Source of the DNA: an uncultured Hyphomicrobiales bacterium
GTDB taxonomy: Bacteria > Pseudomonadota > Alphaproteobacteria > Puniceispirillales > UBA1172
Reading direction: 5' to 3'
NCBI GenBank assembly: GCA_964580905.1
Contig: CAZOLR010000003.1
Coordinates: 2,237 to 66,236 of the forward strand
DNA length: 64,000 nucleotides
Part shown: positions 1-9,713 of the stretch, piece by piece
Layout of the letters: the number at the start of each line of letters is the position of its first letter
Numbering within the stretch: the first letter of the stretch is position 1
Translations under genes and position numbers: made by a program
The notes under the pieces: generated by a model
Told to the model about the DNA's origin: nothing
What the model saw: the letters and a program-made list of their open reading frames with translations, nothing else
Database searches by the model: none

Positions 1-776
1 GCTCGCTTGCGCTGGCGGGCTTCCCGTTCTTTGCCGGGTATTATTCCAAGGATATGATCCTCGAAGCTGCCTGGGGCCAGCACGCGTCCACCGGTCAGTT
101 TGCCTATGTGCTGGGGATACTCGCCGCGTTTCTGACGGCATTCTATTCCTGGCGGCTTCTTTTCATGACCTTCCATGGCAAGCCGAGAGCATCCGCCGAA
201 GTCATGAGCCATGTTCATGAAAGCCCGGCGGTGATGACGATACCTCTTTTTGTTCTGGCCATCGGGGCGATATTCTCCGGTTTTCTTTTCTATGACCTTT
301 TTGTCGGCCATCACTGGAAAGAGTTCTGGGGGGATGCGATTTTCATTCTGCCTCAGCACGAGGCAATGGAAGCGGCGCATCATGTGCCTTCCATCATCAA
401 GCTGATGCCGCTTATCGTCGGTGTCGGCGGGGTTGCGCTTGCGTTCATCATGTATGTGGCGATACCGTCTCTTCCCGGCCGTGTGGCTGGCGCATTCCGG
501 CCGCTGCATCAGCTCTTTTTCAACAAATGGTACGTGGACGAGCTTTACGATGCCATGCTGGTGCGTCCGGCGGTAAGGCTCGGACGTCTTCTCTGGACCA
601 GGGGGGATCAGCGGACCATCGATGCTTTTGGTCCGGATGGGGTCAGCGGCATGGTGGGGCGGCTTTCCGCCGTGTCCAGCCGGTTGCAGACAGGATATGT
701 TTTTCATTATGCATTTGCGATGCTGATCGGGGTTGTGGTCCTGATCCTCTGGTATACGCGGACATTCGGGGGCTGA
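1..776 (+). CDS. nuoL: NADH-quinone oxidoreductase subunit L, C-terminal part (5' end lies outside the window)
   Basis: The frame is open from the window edge to the TGA at 774-776. The tail is hydrophobic (..FNKWYVDELYD..). It is followed directly by nuoM and nuoN. Confidence 0.9.
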   Translation, partial: SLALAGFPFFAGYYSKDMILEAAWGQHASTGQFAYVLGILAAFLTAFYSWRLLFMTFHGKPRASAEVMSHVHESPAVMTIPLFVLAIGAIFSGFLFYDLFVGHHWKEFWGDAIFILPQHEAMEAAHHVPSIIKLMPLIVGVGGVALAFIMYVAIPSLPGRVAGAFRPLHQLFFNKWYVDELYDAMLVRPAVRLGRLLWTRGDQRTIDAFGPDGVSGMVGRLSAVSSRLQTGYVFHYAFAMLIGVVVLILWYTRTFGG

Positions 777-777
777 G

Positions 778-2289
778 ATGGATTCGAGCTGGCCAATTCT
801 TACGGTTCTGACTTTTCTGCCCATGTTCGGGGTGGTTTTCCTGCTTCTTATCCGGGGAGATGAAGCGGTGGTGATGCAAAACTCCCGCAATGTGGCGTTG
901 TGGGTGTCGGGGTTCACTTTCCTTGTTTCCCTGTTTGCCTTGCTTCAGTTTGATGCAAGCCTTGCAGGATATCAGCTCGAGGATCGAGGAGAGTGGCTGG
1001 CCCGTGACGGGATCAGTTACCATATGGGCGTTGACGGTATATCGATGCCGTTTGTTGTGCTGACAACGTTTCTGACCCCGCTTGCCATTCTCGCCTCCTT
1101 CAAGGCCATCACCCACCGGGTGCGTGAATACATGATCGGGTTTCTTGTGCTGGAAACGCTGATGATCGGGACATTCTGTGCCCTTGATCTGGTGATGTTC
1201 TATCTCTTCTTTGAAGCCGTGCTGATCCCGATGTTCCTGATTATCGGCATCTGGGGAGGCAAGCGCCGGGTTTACGCATCGTTCAAGTTTTTTCTCTATA
1301 CCCTGGCCGGATCGGTGCTGATGCTGGTGGCCATCCTTTTCATGGCAAATCAGGCGGGAACAACCGATATCCCTGCATTGCAGAAGTTTGCCTTTGATCC
1401 GGATGTTCAGTTCTGGCTTTTCCTCGCCTTCTTTGCCTCTTTTGCTGTCAAAGTTCCGATGTGGCCGGTGCATACATGGCTTCCTGATGCCCATGTCGAG
1501 GCACCAACCGCAGGTTCAATGATCCTGGCCGGTATTCTGCTGAAAATGGGCGGTTACGGTTTTCTTCGTTTCTCCCTGCCCATGTTCCCGGACGCTTCCC
1601 TTTATTTCGCGCCGATGATTTTTGCCCTTTCAGTGGTCGCGGTGATCTACACATCTCTCGTGGCGCTTGCCCAGAGCGACATGAAAAAGATGATCGCATA
1701 TTCATCCGTCGCGCATATGGGTTTTGTGACCGTGGGTATCTTCACCATGACCGAACAGGGGATCGCCGGAGCCATGTTCCAGATGATCAGCCATGGTCTT
1801 GTTTCGGCGGCGCTGTTCTTCGCGGTCGGCGTTGTGTATGACCGGCTGCATACCCGTGAGATTGACGCCTATGGCGGAGTTGCGGACAGCATGCCGAGAT
1901 ATGCTGTCTTCTTCATGCTGATGATGCTGGCCTCGGTGGGCCTGCCCGGAACAAGCGGCTTCGTCGGTGAATTTCTAGTACTTGTCGGTGCGTGGCAGAC
2001 CAGCACGTTCCTTGCCTTCCTGACAGCGACAGGCCTTGTGCTCGGCGCAACCTATATGCTCTGGCTGTATCGCCGGGTGGTCTTTGGCCGTGCCGAAAAG
2101 GAAGAAGTCCTGAGCATGAGCCCCCTTGAGCGACGCGAGATCATCATTTTCCTGCCTCTCGCCATTCTTGTCTTGTGGTATGGAGTGTTTCCCGGCTCAC
2201 TCCTTGATCTGATGCAACCGTCGATACTTGCGGTGATGGATCAGGTCAGTCTCTATGCGGATGCCACGCTCCTGCCGGGAGGTGAATAA
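778..2289 (+). CDS. nuoM: NADH-quinone oxidoreductase subunit M
   Basis: 503-aa ORF whose ATG lies 1 nt after the nuoL stop. It is an antiporter-like polytopic protein (..WLPDAHVEAPTAGS..) located between nuoL and nuoN. Confidence 0.95.
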   Translation: MDSSWPILTVLTFLPMFGVVFLLLIRGDEAVVMQNSRNVALWVSGFTFLVSLFALLQFDASLAGYQLEDRGEWLARDGISYHMGVDGISMPFVVLTTFLTPLAILASFKAITHRVREYMIGFLVLETLMIGTFCALDLVMFYLFFEAVLIPMFLIIGIWGGKRRVYASFKFFLYTLAGSVLMLVAILFMANQAGTTDIPALQKFAFDPDVQFWLFLAFFASFAVKVPMWPVHTWLPDAHVEAPTAGSMILAGILLKMGGYGFLRFSLPMFPDASLYFAPMIFALSVVAVIYTSLVALAQSDMKKMIAYSSVAHMGFVTVGIFTMTEQGIAGAMFQMISHGLVSAALFFAVGVVYDRLHTREIDAYGGVADSMPRYAVFFMLMMLASVGLPGTSGFVGEFLVLVGAWQTSTFLAFLTATGLVLGATYMLWLYRRVVFGRAEKEEVLSMSPLERREIIIFLPLAILVLWYGVFPGSLLDLMQPSILAVMDQVSLYADATLLPGGE

Positions 2290-3737
2290 TGTCCATGATC
2301 ACGTATTTCCCCGCCATTTCTGAAATTTTTCTGGCTGCGATTGCCATCCTGCTTGTCCTTGTTGCCGCGTTTGGCACGGACGAAAGCCGCACATCGCAGG
2401 TGATGCGCAGGCTTGGTCTGGTGACACTTCTTGCCACGGCTGTTTTAACGCTGTCCTACGGGAGGGACCCGGCCGTTGCGTTTGGCGGGATGTTCCTGAC
2501 AACACCATTTGCCGTTTTCATGAAGATGATTGTGCTTCTTGGCGCGGCCATAGTGTTGCTGCTTTCCAAGCCAAGCCTTAAGGCCGACAAGATCAACAAA
2601 CCTGAATTCACCATGCTCGTGCTTCTTTCGGTGCTGGGCATGATGGTGCTGATTTCATCGAACGATCTGATGGTTCTTTACATGGGGATTGAATTGCAAT
2701 CCCTGCCGCTTTACGTGATTGCCGCGATGCAGAGGGATTCGCTCCGTTCATCCGAAGCGGGGCTCAAATATTTCCTGCTTGGTGCTTTGTCTTCAGGCCT
2801 GCTTTTGTATGGTATCTCGCTGATATACGGGTTTACGGGGGCAACAAACTACGTTGATATCGCCAATGCGCTCTCACTTTCGGTGTCATCCGGCGCCGTC
2901 ATCGGCATCATCTTTGTCATAGCCGGTACCGCATTCAAGATTTCTGCGGCCCCATTCCATATGTGGACACCGGATGTGTATGAAGGCTCGCCGACCATCG
3001 TAACCGCCTTTTTTGCGATTGTTCCCAAGGTCGCGGCCATGGCCCTGTTCCTGAGGGTTACCTACGGGATGCTGGCCCCTGTTCCGGAAACCTGGCAGCA
3101 GGTTGTCGCCATCATCGCTGTCTTGTCGATGGTCATCGGTGCGCTGTCGGCCATCATGCAGAAAGACCTGAAACGACTGATGGCGTATTCATCGATTGCC
3201 CATATGGGGTATGCGCTGGTTGGCATGTCGGCGGCTAATACAGGAGCTGTCGGTGCGGTGATGATTTACATGCTGATCTACGTGATCTCATCCATCGGGG
3301 TTTTTGCAATAATACTAAATCTGACGAGAGAAGGTGAAGCGGTCCATCGGATCAGCGATCTCAAGGGCTATTCGCGCACGCATCCGATGCATGCCGCCTG
3401 TCTGCTTGTCTTCATGTTTTCCATGGCAGGCATACCGCCGCTTGGCGGGTTTTTCGGCAAGTGGTTCACGTTCATGGCGGCGGTAGATGCCGGTTTGGTC
3501 GTGCTTGCGGTTATCGGTGTTCTGTCATCGGTGATTGGTGCGTTCTATTATATTCGCATCGTCAAGGTCATGTATGTTGACGACGTTGATATCGCCCTTG
3601 ATCCGTCGGCGAGCAAGATCAACACCATGATCATGGGGATTTCGGCCCTGATACTGGTTTTGTTTGTGTTCGGGTTGAACCCGATACGTGAGATGATCTT
3701 ATCAACGGTGCCGTATATCACGCTCATCGCAGGTTGA
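2289..3737 (+). CDS. nuoN: NADH-quinone oxidoreductase subunit N
   Basis: 482-aa ORF overlapping the nuoM stop by 1 nt. Membrane protein with ..FHMWTPDVYEGSPT... Confidence 0.95.
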   Translation: MSMITYFPAISEIFLAAIAILLVLVAAFGTDESRTSQVMRRLGLVTLLATAVLTLSYGRDPAVAFGGMFLTTPFAVFMKMIVLLGAAIVLLLSKPSLKADKINKPEFTMLVLLSVLGMMVLISSNDLMVLYMGIELQSLPLYVIAAMQRDSLRSSEAGLKYFLLGALSSGLLLYGISLIYGFTGATNYVDIANALSLSVSSGAVIGIIFVIAGTAFKISAAPFHMWTPDVYEGSPTIVTAFFAIVPKVAAMALFLRVTYGMLAPVPETWQQVVAIIAVLSMVIGALSAIMQKDLKRLMAYSSIAHMGYALVGMSAANTGAVGAVMIYMLIYVISSIGVFAIILNLTREGEAVHRISDLKGYSRTHPMHAACLLVFMFSMAGIPPLGGFFGKWFTFMAAVDAGLVVLAVIGVLSSVIGAFYYIRIVKVMYVDDVDIALDPSASKINTMIMGISALILVLFVFGLNPIREMILSTVPYITLIAG

Positions 3738-3738
3738 T

Positions 3739-4479
3739 GTGCTGAACAGATTATTCATTACCTATCAGCATCAGGTCACAAGCACTTCTGATCTGGCAAA
3801 AGAGGCGGTGGCAGAGGGAAAGCCTGCCGGGACGGCATTTCGCGCCGGGCTCCAGACAAAGGGGAGAGGCCGGCATGGCCGGTCCTGGGTGTCGCCGGAA
3901 GGAAACCTCTATGTATCCGTTATTTTCTACCCCGGGGTTGCGGAATCGCGGTGGGCGGAATTATCACTAATCGCCGGTCTGGCTCTTGTTGATGCGGTCC
4001 GTCTGTTGCGGGCGGATGAGGATATCACGCTGAAATGGCCGAATGATTTGCTTGTCCGCGGCAGGAAATGTGCCGGGATACTGCTGGAACGTGAAGGCAG
4101 GGCAATCATTGTCGGCTGCGGGGTTAACCTCAATGAAGCCCCTGCCGAAACCGACGGCTGGATCCCGGGCTCGCTCAACCGTGATGTATCAGGCCCGCCT
4201 GTCAGCGATGAGATGCTTATGGCAGGTTTTGAGAAGACACTGATCTCGCGCTATAATTCGTGGGAGAAAGACGGGTTTGAACAGCACCGGCTTGACTGGA
4301 TGGCCGCGGCCGCGCATATCGGGGCTACACTGGTTGTTGATATGGGACAGGGCCGGGTCATAAACGGGGTTTTTGAAAGTCTTGGTAATGGTGGTGCGCT
4401 GATGCTGCGTTCGAAGGATGGCGATATCCATGAAATTCAGGCTGGTGATGTCATCAGCGCCCGACTTGAAGAGAGATAG
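3739..4479 (+). CDS. birA: Biotin-[acetyl-CoA-carboxylase] ligase, class I (no N-terminal HTH domain)
   Basis: 246 aa with a GTG start 1 nt after the nuoN stop. It carries the GRGRHGRSW biotin-ligase motif and is too short to include a repressor domain. Confidence 0.9.
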   Translation: MLNRLFITYQHQVTSTSDLAKEAVAEGKPAGTAFRAGLQTKGRGRHGRSWVSPEGNLYVSVIFYPGVAESRWAELSLIAGLALVDAVRLLRADEDITLKWPNDLLVRGRKCAGILLEREGRAIIVGCGVNLNEAPAETDGWIPGSLNRDVSGPPVSDEMLMAGFEKTLISRYNSWEKDGFEQHRLDWMAAAAHIGATLVVDMGQGRVINGVFESLGNGGALMLRSKDGDIHEIQAGDVISARLEER

Positions 4480-4480
4480 G

Positions 4481-5263
4481 ATGCTTCTTGTAATTGATTG
4501 CGGTAATACCAACACCGTCTTTGGCATATACAATGACGGGGGCAAGGTTCAGCACTGGCGGATGACCACAATACCGGGGCAGACCGCAGATGATATGGCG
4601 GTTTGGCTTTCCCACCACATGCAGCGGGCAGGGCTGAGCCTTGAGCAGATTGACGGCGTTGTTGTCTCAAGCGTGGTACCTCAGCTCCTGCCCTCATTCC
4701 GCCAGCTGGCAGCAGAACATCTGGGCCGTGAAGCTTTTGTAATAACAGCGGATAATACGGACCATGGCATTGATATCCGCATCCCCAATCCGGCCCAGGC
4801 CGGTGCGGACCGCATCGCCAATACCGCCGGCGCAAGAGCATACGGACTGCCGGCCATGGTGATTGATTTCGGCACCGCAACCACTTTTGACCTCATTGAT
4901 GCCGACGGTGCCTATATCGGCGGTGCCATTGCGCCGGGCGTCAATCTTTCCATCAACGCATTGTATCAGGCCGCGGCAAGATTGCCGCTGATTGATCCGT
5001 CGTCCTGGAAACCGGATATGCCGGTGTTGGGAAACAATACGATCGATGCCATGAATTCCGGGCTTTACCATGGTTATGTCAGTCTCGTTGAAGGAATGAT
5101 CACCAGGCTGAAGGCGTCTTTCGGCGCTGACATGACGGTGATAGCGACAGGCGGCCTTGCAAATATATTCAGTATTTCCATCGCAGGGGTTGATCATCAT
5201 GATCCGGACCTTACTCTCAATGGTATGGTTGCGATCTATACCAGCATCAGGAAAAAATCATGA
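4481..5263 (+). CDS. coaX: Type III pantothenate kinase
   Basis: ATG at 4481 directly after the birA stop gives the N-terminus MLLVIDCGNTNT, which is typical of CoaX. The longer track ORF (from 4418) would overlap birA. Confidence 0.9.
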   Translation: MLLVIDCGNTNTVFGIYNDGGKVQHWRMTTIPGQTADDMAVWLSHHMQRAGLSLEQIDGVVVSSVVPQLLPSFRQLAAEHLGREAFVITADNTDHGIDIRIPNPAQAGADRIANTAGARAYGLPAMVIDFGTATTFDLIDADGAYIGGAIAPGVNLSINALYQAAARLPLIDPSSWKPDMPVLGNNTIDAMNSGLYHGYVSLVEGMITRLKASFGADMTVIATGGLANIFSISIAGVDHHDPDLTLNGMVAIYTSIRKKS

Positions 5264-6954
5264 CACAGTCCCGATCATGGAAACATGATGATCTTTTGTT
5301 TGTGCCGCTGGGGGGATCAGGGGAGATCGGCATGAATGCCAACCTCTTTCACCACGATGATCAGTGGCTGATGGTTGATCTTGGGATAAGCTTTCCTGAT
5401 GAGACCATGCCGGGTATCGATGTTGTCCTGCCTGATCTTTCCTTTATCGAACAGCGGCGTGACAAACTCGCCGGGCTTGTCATCACCCACGGACATGAGG
5501 ACCATCTGGGCGCGATCCCCTATCTGTGGGAGCGGCTCAAATGTCCGATCTATGGTACGCCTTTCACCCTTGCGCTTGTTCGGGGGAAGCTCAATGAGCG
5601 ACTGCCGGATGCAAAGGTGAAGCTGATTTCACTGCCCTTCAACACGCCGGTTCCGGTCGGCAGTTTTGATGTTGAGATGATATCTCTTACCCATTCCATT
5701 CCTGATCCGGCCGGGCTTGTTCTTCGTGCAGGCGGGCAGACCATCTTCCATACCGGCGACTGGAAATTCGATGAAGACCCGATAATCGGCCCGACATCGG
5801 ACAAGGATGCGCTCAAGCGTCTTGGGGAAACCGGCGTCGATATCCTGATCGGCGACAGCACCAATGCGATGGTGGACGGAAGAACAGGTAGTGAGGCGGA
5901 TGCCAGAAAAGGGCTTGTTGAGACCATCAGCGGATTGAAAGGCCGTGTTGCTGTCACCTGTTTTGCATCGAACGTTGCCCGGGTTGATTCGCTTGTCCGC
6001 ATCGCCGGCGAGACAGGCCGGAGCCCTATGTTGGTGGGCAGGGCACTTCATCGCATTACCGAGGCCGCCAAATCCTGCGGCTATCTTCAGGACTGGCCTG
6101 ATCTTGTCCGTGAAGATGATTTCGAGCTTATTCCCAAGGAAAACCTGCTGATGATCTGTACGGGATCGCAGGGTGAGCCAAGGTCAGCCCTGGCCCGTAT
6201 TGCATCGGGCAGCCACCATATGGTCCGGCTTGAAAAGGGAGATGCAGTTCTGTTTTCCTCCCGTGAAATTCCCGGCAATGAGCCTGCCATATCGCGGGTT
6301 CAGGATAATCTGATCCGGCGCGGGGTGCAGGTGATCACCGATGATGATGCGCCTATTCATGTTTCTGGTCATCCCGGGCGTGACGACATGGCAGAGATGT
6401 ATCAGCTGATCCGGCCGCGTGTTGCGATACCGGTGCATGGCACGGCGCGCCATCTTAAAGCCCATGCCGTGCTGGCCCAATCCTGTCAGGTCAGCAAAAC
6501 CATTATTCCGGATAATGGAGATGTCATTGCGCTTGACGGCGATGAAAGCCGTGTGATCAGCAAGGCTGATACAGGGCTTCTGACCTATGAGGCGGGGGAA
6601 GTGATTGCGCTGGACAGCTCGACCTTGCGTGACCGCCGCCGTATGCTCTGGAATGGTAATGTTTCTGCGTCCATCGTGCTCAGCCTTACGGGTGAACTCT
6701 GTCTTGCGCCAAGCATTACCCAGAACGGGCTCAATGATGGCCACCGGGCTGATGACTATATTGCGGAAGGGTCCTTACGTGTTGAAGATGCCCTGCTGGC
6801 CATGAACAGCAGAGACCGTTTTGACGATGACACCGTTTCGGACAGGGTTTCACAGGTCTTGCGCGGGCTCGCCAAATCCATGTTTCAACGCCGCCCTGCG
6901 GTTCAGGTCCATGTCATGCGCGTGGATGCGCCGGGAGTAATAACGGGGGAATAA
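5260..6954 (+). CDS. rnj: Ribonuclease J (metallo-beta-lactamase / beta-CASP family)
   Basis: 564 aa with the HGHEDH zinc motif. ATGA overlap with coaX. Its position after birA-coaX is conserved. Confidence 0.85.
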   Translation: MTQSRSWKHDDLLFVPLGGSGEIGMNANLFHHDDQWLMVDLGISFPDETMPGIDVVLPDLSFIEQRRDKLAGLVITHGHEDHLGAIPYLWERLKCPIYGTPFTLALVRGKLNERLPDAKVKLISLPFNTPVPVGSFDVEMISLTHSIPDPAGLVLRAGGQTIFHTGDWKFDEDPIIGPTSDKDALKRLGETGVDILIGDSTNAMVDGRTGSEADARKGLVETISGLKGRVAVTCFASNVARVDSLVRIAGETGRSPMLVGRALHRITEAAKSCGYLQDWPDLVREDDFELIPKENLLMICTGSQGEPRSALARIASGSHHMVRLEKGDAVLFSSREIPGNEPAISRVQDNLIRRGVQVITDDDAPIHVSGHPGRDDMAEMYQLIRPRVAIPVHGTARHLKAHAVLAQSCQVSKTIIPDNGDVIALDGDESRVISKADTGLLTYEAGEVIALDSSTLRDRRRMLWNGNVSASIVLSLTGELCLAPSITQNGLNDGHRADDYIAEGSLRVEDALLAMNSRDRFDDDTVSDRVSQVLRGLAKSMFQRRPAVQVHVMRVDAPGVITGE

Positions 6955-7359
6955 ATGATAGGAAGACTGAATCACATCGCCCTGGTTGTTCCGGATCTGG
7001 ACGCGGCGGCAGCGAACTGGAAAAAAGCACTGGGGGCTGATGTGTCCCGGCCGCAGGCTTTGCCTGAACATGGTGTGACCGTGGTTTTCATTGATACCGG
7101 CAACAGCAAGATTGAGTTGCTTGAACCGATGGGGGATGACAGCCCTATTGCGCGGTTCCTTGACCGGAGCGCTGATGGCGGCATGCATCATCTCTGTTTT
7201 GAGGTCGATGATATTATCGAAGCCCGCGACCGGCTGATTTCAGAAGGGGGCCGGGTGCTCGGATCAGGAGAGCCTGCAACAGGCGCTCATGGCAAACCTG
7301 TTCTTTTCCTGCATCCCAAGGATTTCAACGGCACGTTGATCGAGTTGGAGCAGGCCTGA
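6955..7359 (+). CDS. mce: Methylmalonyl-CoA epimerase (VOC/glyoxalase fold)
   Basis: 134 aa. The N-terminus MIGRLNHIALVVPDLDAA and the HHLCFEVDDI segment are typical of the epimerase/VOC family. Confidence 0.75.
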   Translation: MIGRLNHIALVVPDLDAAAANWKKALGADVSRPQALPEHGVTVVFIDTGNSKIELLEPMGDDSPIARFLDRSADGGMHHLCFEVDDIIEARDRLISEGGRVLGSGEPATGAHGKPVLFLHPKDFNGTLIELEQA

Positions 7360-7604
7360 TGGATACGGTTTCGGGAATCGTGGTCTATATCCTGTTGTGG
7401 TGGTGGGTGTTCTTCATGACCCTTCCTTTCGGGGCAAGACAACCGGAAGAGGTGGAAGCCGGCCATGCCGATGGTGCCCCGGTACGGCCCATGCTGTGGA
7501 TCAAGGCAGGAATCACCACCATTCTGGCACTTGCGCTTTGGTTCGTGGCCGATGCTGTTATTTCAAGCGGGGTATTTTCATTCCGGGAAATGGTGAGTAA
7601 ATAG
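7359..7604 (+). CDS. Small membrane protein of the DUF1467 type
   Basis: 81 aa with two hydrophobic helices. It overlaps the preceding stop by 1 nt and sits in the conserved position after the epimerase gene. Confidence 0.7.
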   Translation: MDTVSGIVVYILLWWWVFFMTLPFGARQPEEVEAGHADGAPVRPMLWIKAGITTILALALWFVADAVISSGVFSFREMVSK

Positions 7605-7641
7605 AGGCTCAAATGAAAATGACGGGGATAACCCCGCCATT

Positions 7642-7696
7642 TTTGTACAATTTATAAAATTGGTTTGTACAATTTTTATAATTGCACCGAAATTGT
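7642..7696. promoter_or_regulatory. 22-bp tandem repeat (2 copies, 19/22 identical) plus an inverted partial third copy, each containing the palindrome TTGTACAA. Candidate operator array upstream of rpiB-glyA.
   Basis: TTTGTACAATTTATAAAATTGG (7642-7663) and TTTGTACAATTTTTATAATTGC (7664-7685) read directly from the sequence. ACAATTT occurs at 7647 and 7669, and its complement AAATTGT at 7690. Confidence 0.45.
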
Positions 7697-7911
7697 CCTC
7701 CCCAACCTCGGTATATACAAACGCTATGACACTTTACAGGCATTGTCATCAAAAAAATACTTTTGATCACATTTATTTGAAAGAATATTTCCTTTTTTCA
7801 GGTTTTTTTGAAATACGCGACAATTTAAGACATTGTTTCGCCTACAGAGTGTTTTATATAGTGGTATTGTTTGCTGGTGCTTTTTAATTATCCGATGCTC
7901 AAGGGTCAGAT

Positions 7912-8355
7912 ATGACAACAGAAATTTACATGGCTTCAGATCACGCCGGATTCGGGTTGCGAACGTATCTTGCGACATATCTTCGTGAGGCCGGTCATAT
8001 CATTCATGATCTTGGCCCGCTGACAGATGATCGTGTTGACTATCCTGATTTCGGGGCCGAACTTGCCAGGGCCATGAAGCCGGTTGCTGATTCGAAGGGT
8101 GTTCTTGTCTGCGGCAGTGGTATCGGGATTTCCATCGCCGCTAATCGTTTTCCGTGGATACGTGCCGCATTGTGCCATGACATGACAACAGCGATGCTGG
8201 CAAGACAACATAATGATGCCAATGTTGTTGCCCTCGGTGAGCGTATAACCGGTATCACAACCGCAACAGATATTGTTCAGGCCTTTCTTGAGACTGACTT
8301 TGAAGGCGGCAGGCATGAAGCCCGCGTGAACAAGCTGAGCAATCTGAAGCCCTGA
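7912..8355 (+). CDS. rpiB: Ribose-5-phosphate isomerase B
   Basis: 147 aa with RpiB/LacAB features (..[10 protein letters not shown].., ..[14 protein letters not shown]..). An AAGGG Shine-Dalgarno lies upstream. Confidence 0.9.
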   Translation: MTTEIYMASDHAGFGLRTYLATYLREAGHIIHDLGPLTDDRVDYPDFGAELARAMKPVADSKGVLVCGSGIGISIAANRFPWIRAALCHDMTTAMLARQHNDANVVALGERITGITTATDIVQAFLETDFEGGRHEARVNKLSNLKP

Positions 8356-8392
8356 ACGGCTTCCTCATTTCACCAATGAAAGGTCAGAACTG

Positions 8393-9667
8393 ATGAACGA
8401 AATGAAATCCTTTTTTTCAACGCATCTTATGGACAGCGATGCCGAGCTGTATTCAGCCCTTGATCAGGAGCTGACACGCCAGCGTGACGGTATTGAGCTC
8501 ATTGCATCGGAAAATATTGTCTCAAAAGCTGTTCTTGAAGCGCAGGGTTCCGTTTTCACCAACAAATACGCCGAAGGGTATCCCGGCCGCCGGTATTACG
8601 GCGGATGTGAGTTTGTCGATATTGCCGAACAGCTGGCGATTGACCGGGCCAAAAAGCTTTTCAATTGTGCCTGGGTCAATGTCCAGCCTCATTCCGGTGC
8701 GCAGGCTAATCAGGGCGTGTTTCTGTCATTGCTGAAGCCTGGGGATACGATTCTCGGCATGTCCCTTGCCGCAGGCGGGCACCTCACCCATGGTGCTGCT
8801 CCCAACCTTTCGGGCAAGTGGTTCAACGCGGTTCAATATGGCGTTCGCCGTGATGATGCGCGGATCGATTTTGATGAAGTTCAGCGGCTGGCTGATGAGC
8901 ATAAACCCAAGATGATCATTGCTGGTGGTTCTGCCTATCCGCGGGTTCTTGATTTTGCGAAATTCCGTGAAATCGCTGATAGTTGTGGCGCGTACCTGCT
9001 TGTCGATATGGCCCATATCTCAGGGCTTGTTGCTACAGGCGCGCATCCGAGCCCGATTGATCACGCCCATGTCGTGACAACGACCACCCACAAAACCCTG
9101 CGTTGCGGGCGTGGCGGAATGATCATGAGCAACGATGAGGAAATCGGCAAAAAGATCAATGCGGCCATGTTCCCGGGTCTTCAGGGCGGGCCGTTGATGC
9201 ATGCGATCGCAGGGAAGGCCGCCGGCCTCGGTGAAGCGCTGAAACCGGAGTTCAAAACCTATATCGACAATGTTCTGACCAACGCCAGGGTGCTGGCGGA
9301 AACTCTTGTGGAATGTGGTTTTGATATCGTGTCCGGCGGGACCGACAACCATATCGTGCTGGTTGATCTGCGGCCGAAAGGGCTGACCGGAAATATCTCT
9401 GAAGTGTCGCTCGAAAAAGCGGCGATTACCTGTAACAAGAACGGCGTGCCGTTTGATCCGGAAAAACCAATGGTGACATCAGGGATTCGTCTCGGCACCC
9501 CGGCGGCAACAACACGCGGATTCGGGGCGGATGAATTCCGTCAGGTTGGCCTCCTGATCGGTGAAGTGCTGGACGGGCTTGCATCCAACCGCAACGACAA
9601 CAGCCCTGTTGAACAGGCGGTTGCCCAAAAAGTACATAAATTGTGTCAATCCTTCCCAATTTACTAG
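8393..9667 (+). CDS. glyA: Serine hydroxymethyltransferase
   Basis: 424 aa with the PLP-lysine region TTTTHKTL and [15 protein letters not shown]. Confidence 0.95.
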   Translation: MNEMKSFFSTHLMDSDAELYSALDQELTRQRDGIELIASENIVSKAVLEAQGSVFTNKYAEGYPGRRYYGGCEFVDIAEQLAIDRAKKLFNCAWVNVQPHSGAQANQGVFLSLLKPGDTILGMSLAAGGHLTHGAAPNLSGKWFNAVQYGVRRDDARIDFDEVQRLADEHKPKMIIAGGSAYPRVLDFAKFREIADSCGAYLLVDMAHISGLVATGAHPSPIDHAHVVTTTTHKTLRCGRGGMIMSNDEEIGKKINAAMFPGLQGGPLMHAIAGKAAGLGEALKPEFKTYIDNVLTNARVLAETLVECGFDIVSGGTDNHIVLVDLRPKGLTGNISEVSLEKAAITCNKNGVPFDPEKPMVTSGIRLGTPAATTRGFGADEFRQVGLLIGEVLDGLASNRNDNSPVEQAVAQKVHKLCQSFPIY

Positions 9668-9713
9668 ATTTAGTGTATTAAAGGGGCAGATTTAATGGCG
9701 TGGAGACAGCCGG

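Noticed and set aside
643-1494. Long antisense ORFs lying entirely inside well-supported genes. Examples are 643-1494(-), 15301-16170(-), 34214-34909(-), 35376-36320(-), 44377-45159(+), 47602-48429(-), 50008-50742(-), 59463-60218(+) and 61242-61889(-).
   Set aside because: Each lies opposite a gene with clear family motifs. Their translations are Arg/Gly/His/Pro-rich with no recognisable motifs, as expected for stop-poor antisense frames. None has a convincing ribosome-binding site context.
7525-7535. TGGCAC immediately followed by TTGCG, resembling sigma54 -24/-12 elements. Other TGGCA-like strings lie near 20126, 29423 and 31299.
   Set aside because: The GG-N10-GC spacing is wrong in every case. 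The best match lies inside the DUF1467 coding sequence.
7660-7887. 75-aa ORF (and the antisense 84-aa ORF at 7724-7978) inside the AT-rich spacer upstream of rpiB.
   Set aside because: TTG start without a Shine-Dalgarno, and Phe/Tyr/Ile/Asn-biased composition driven by about 25% GC. It looks like a non-coding regulatory spacer. It is treated under findings as DNA-level structure instead.
7605-7911. The AT-rich island as a replication origin or CtrA/DnaA-controlled region.
   Set aside because: There is only one partial DnaA-box-like TTATCC (about 7888) and no TTAA-N7-TTAA sites. The flanking genes are not those typical of alphaproteobacterial origins.
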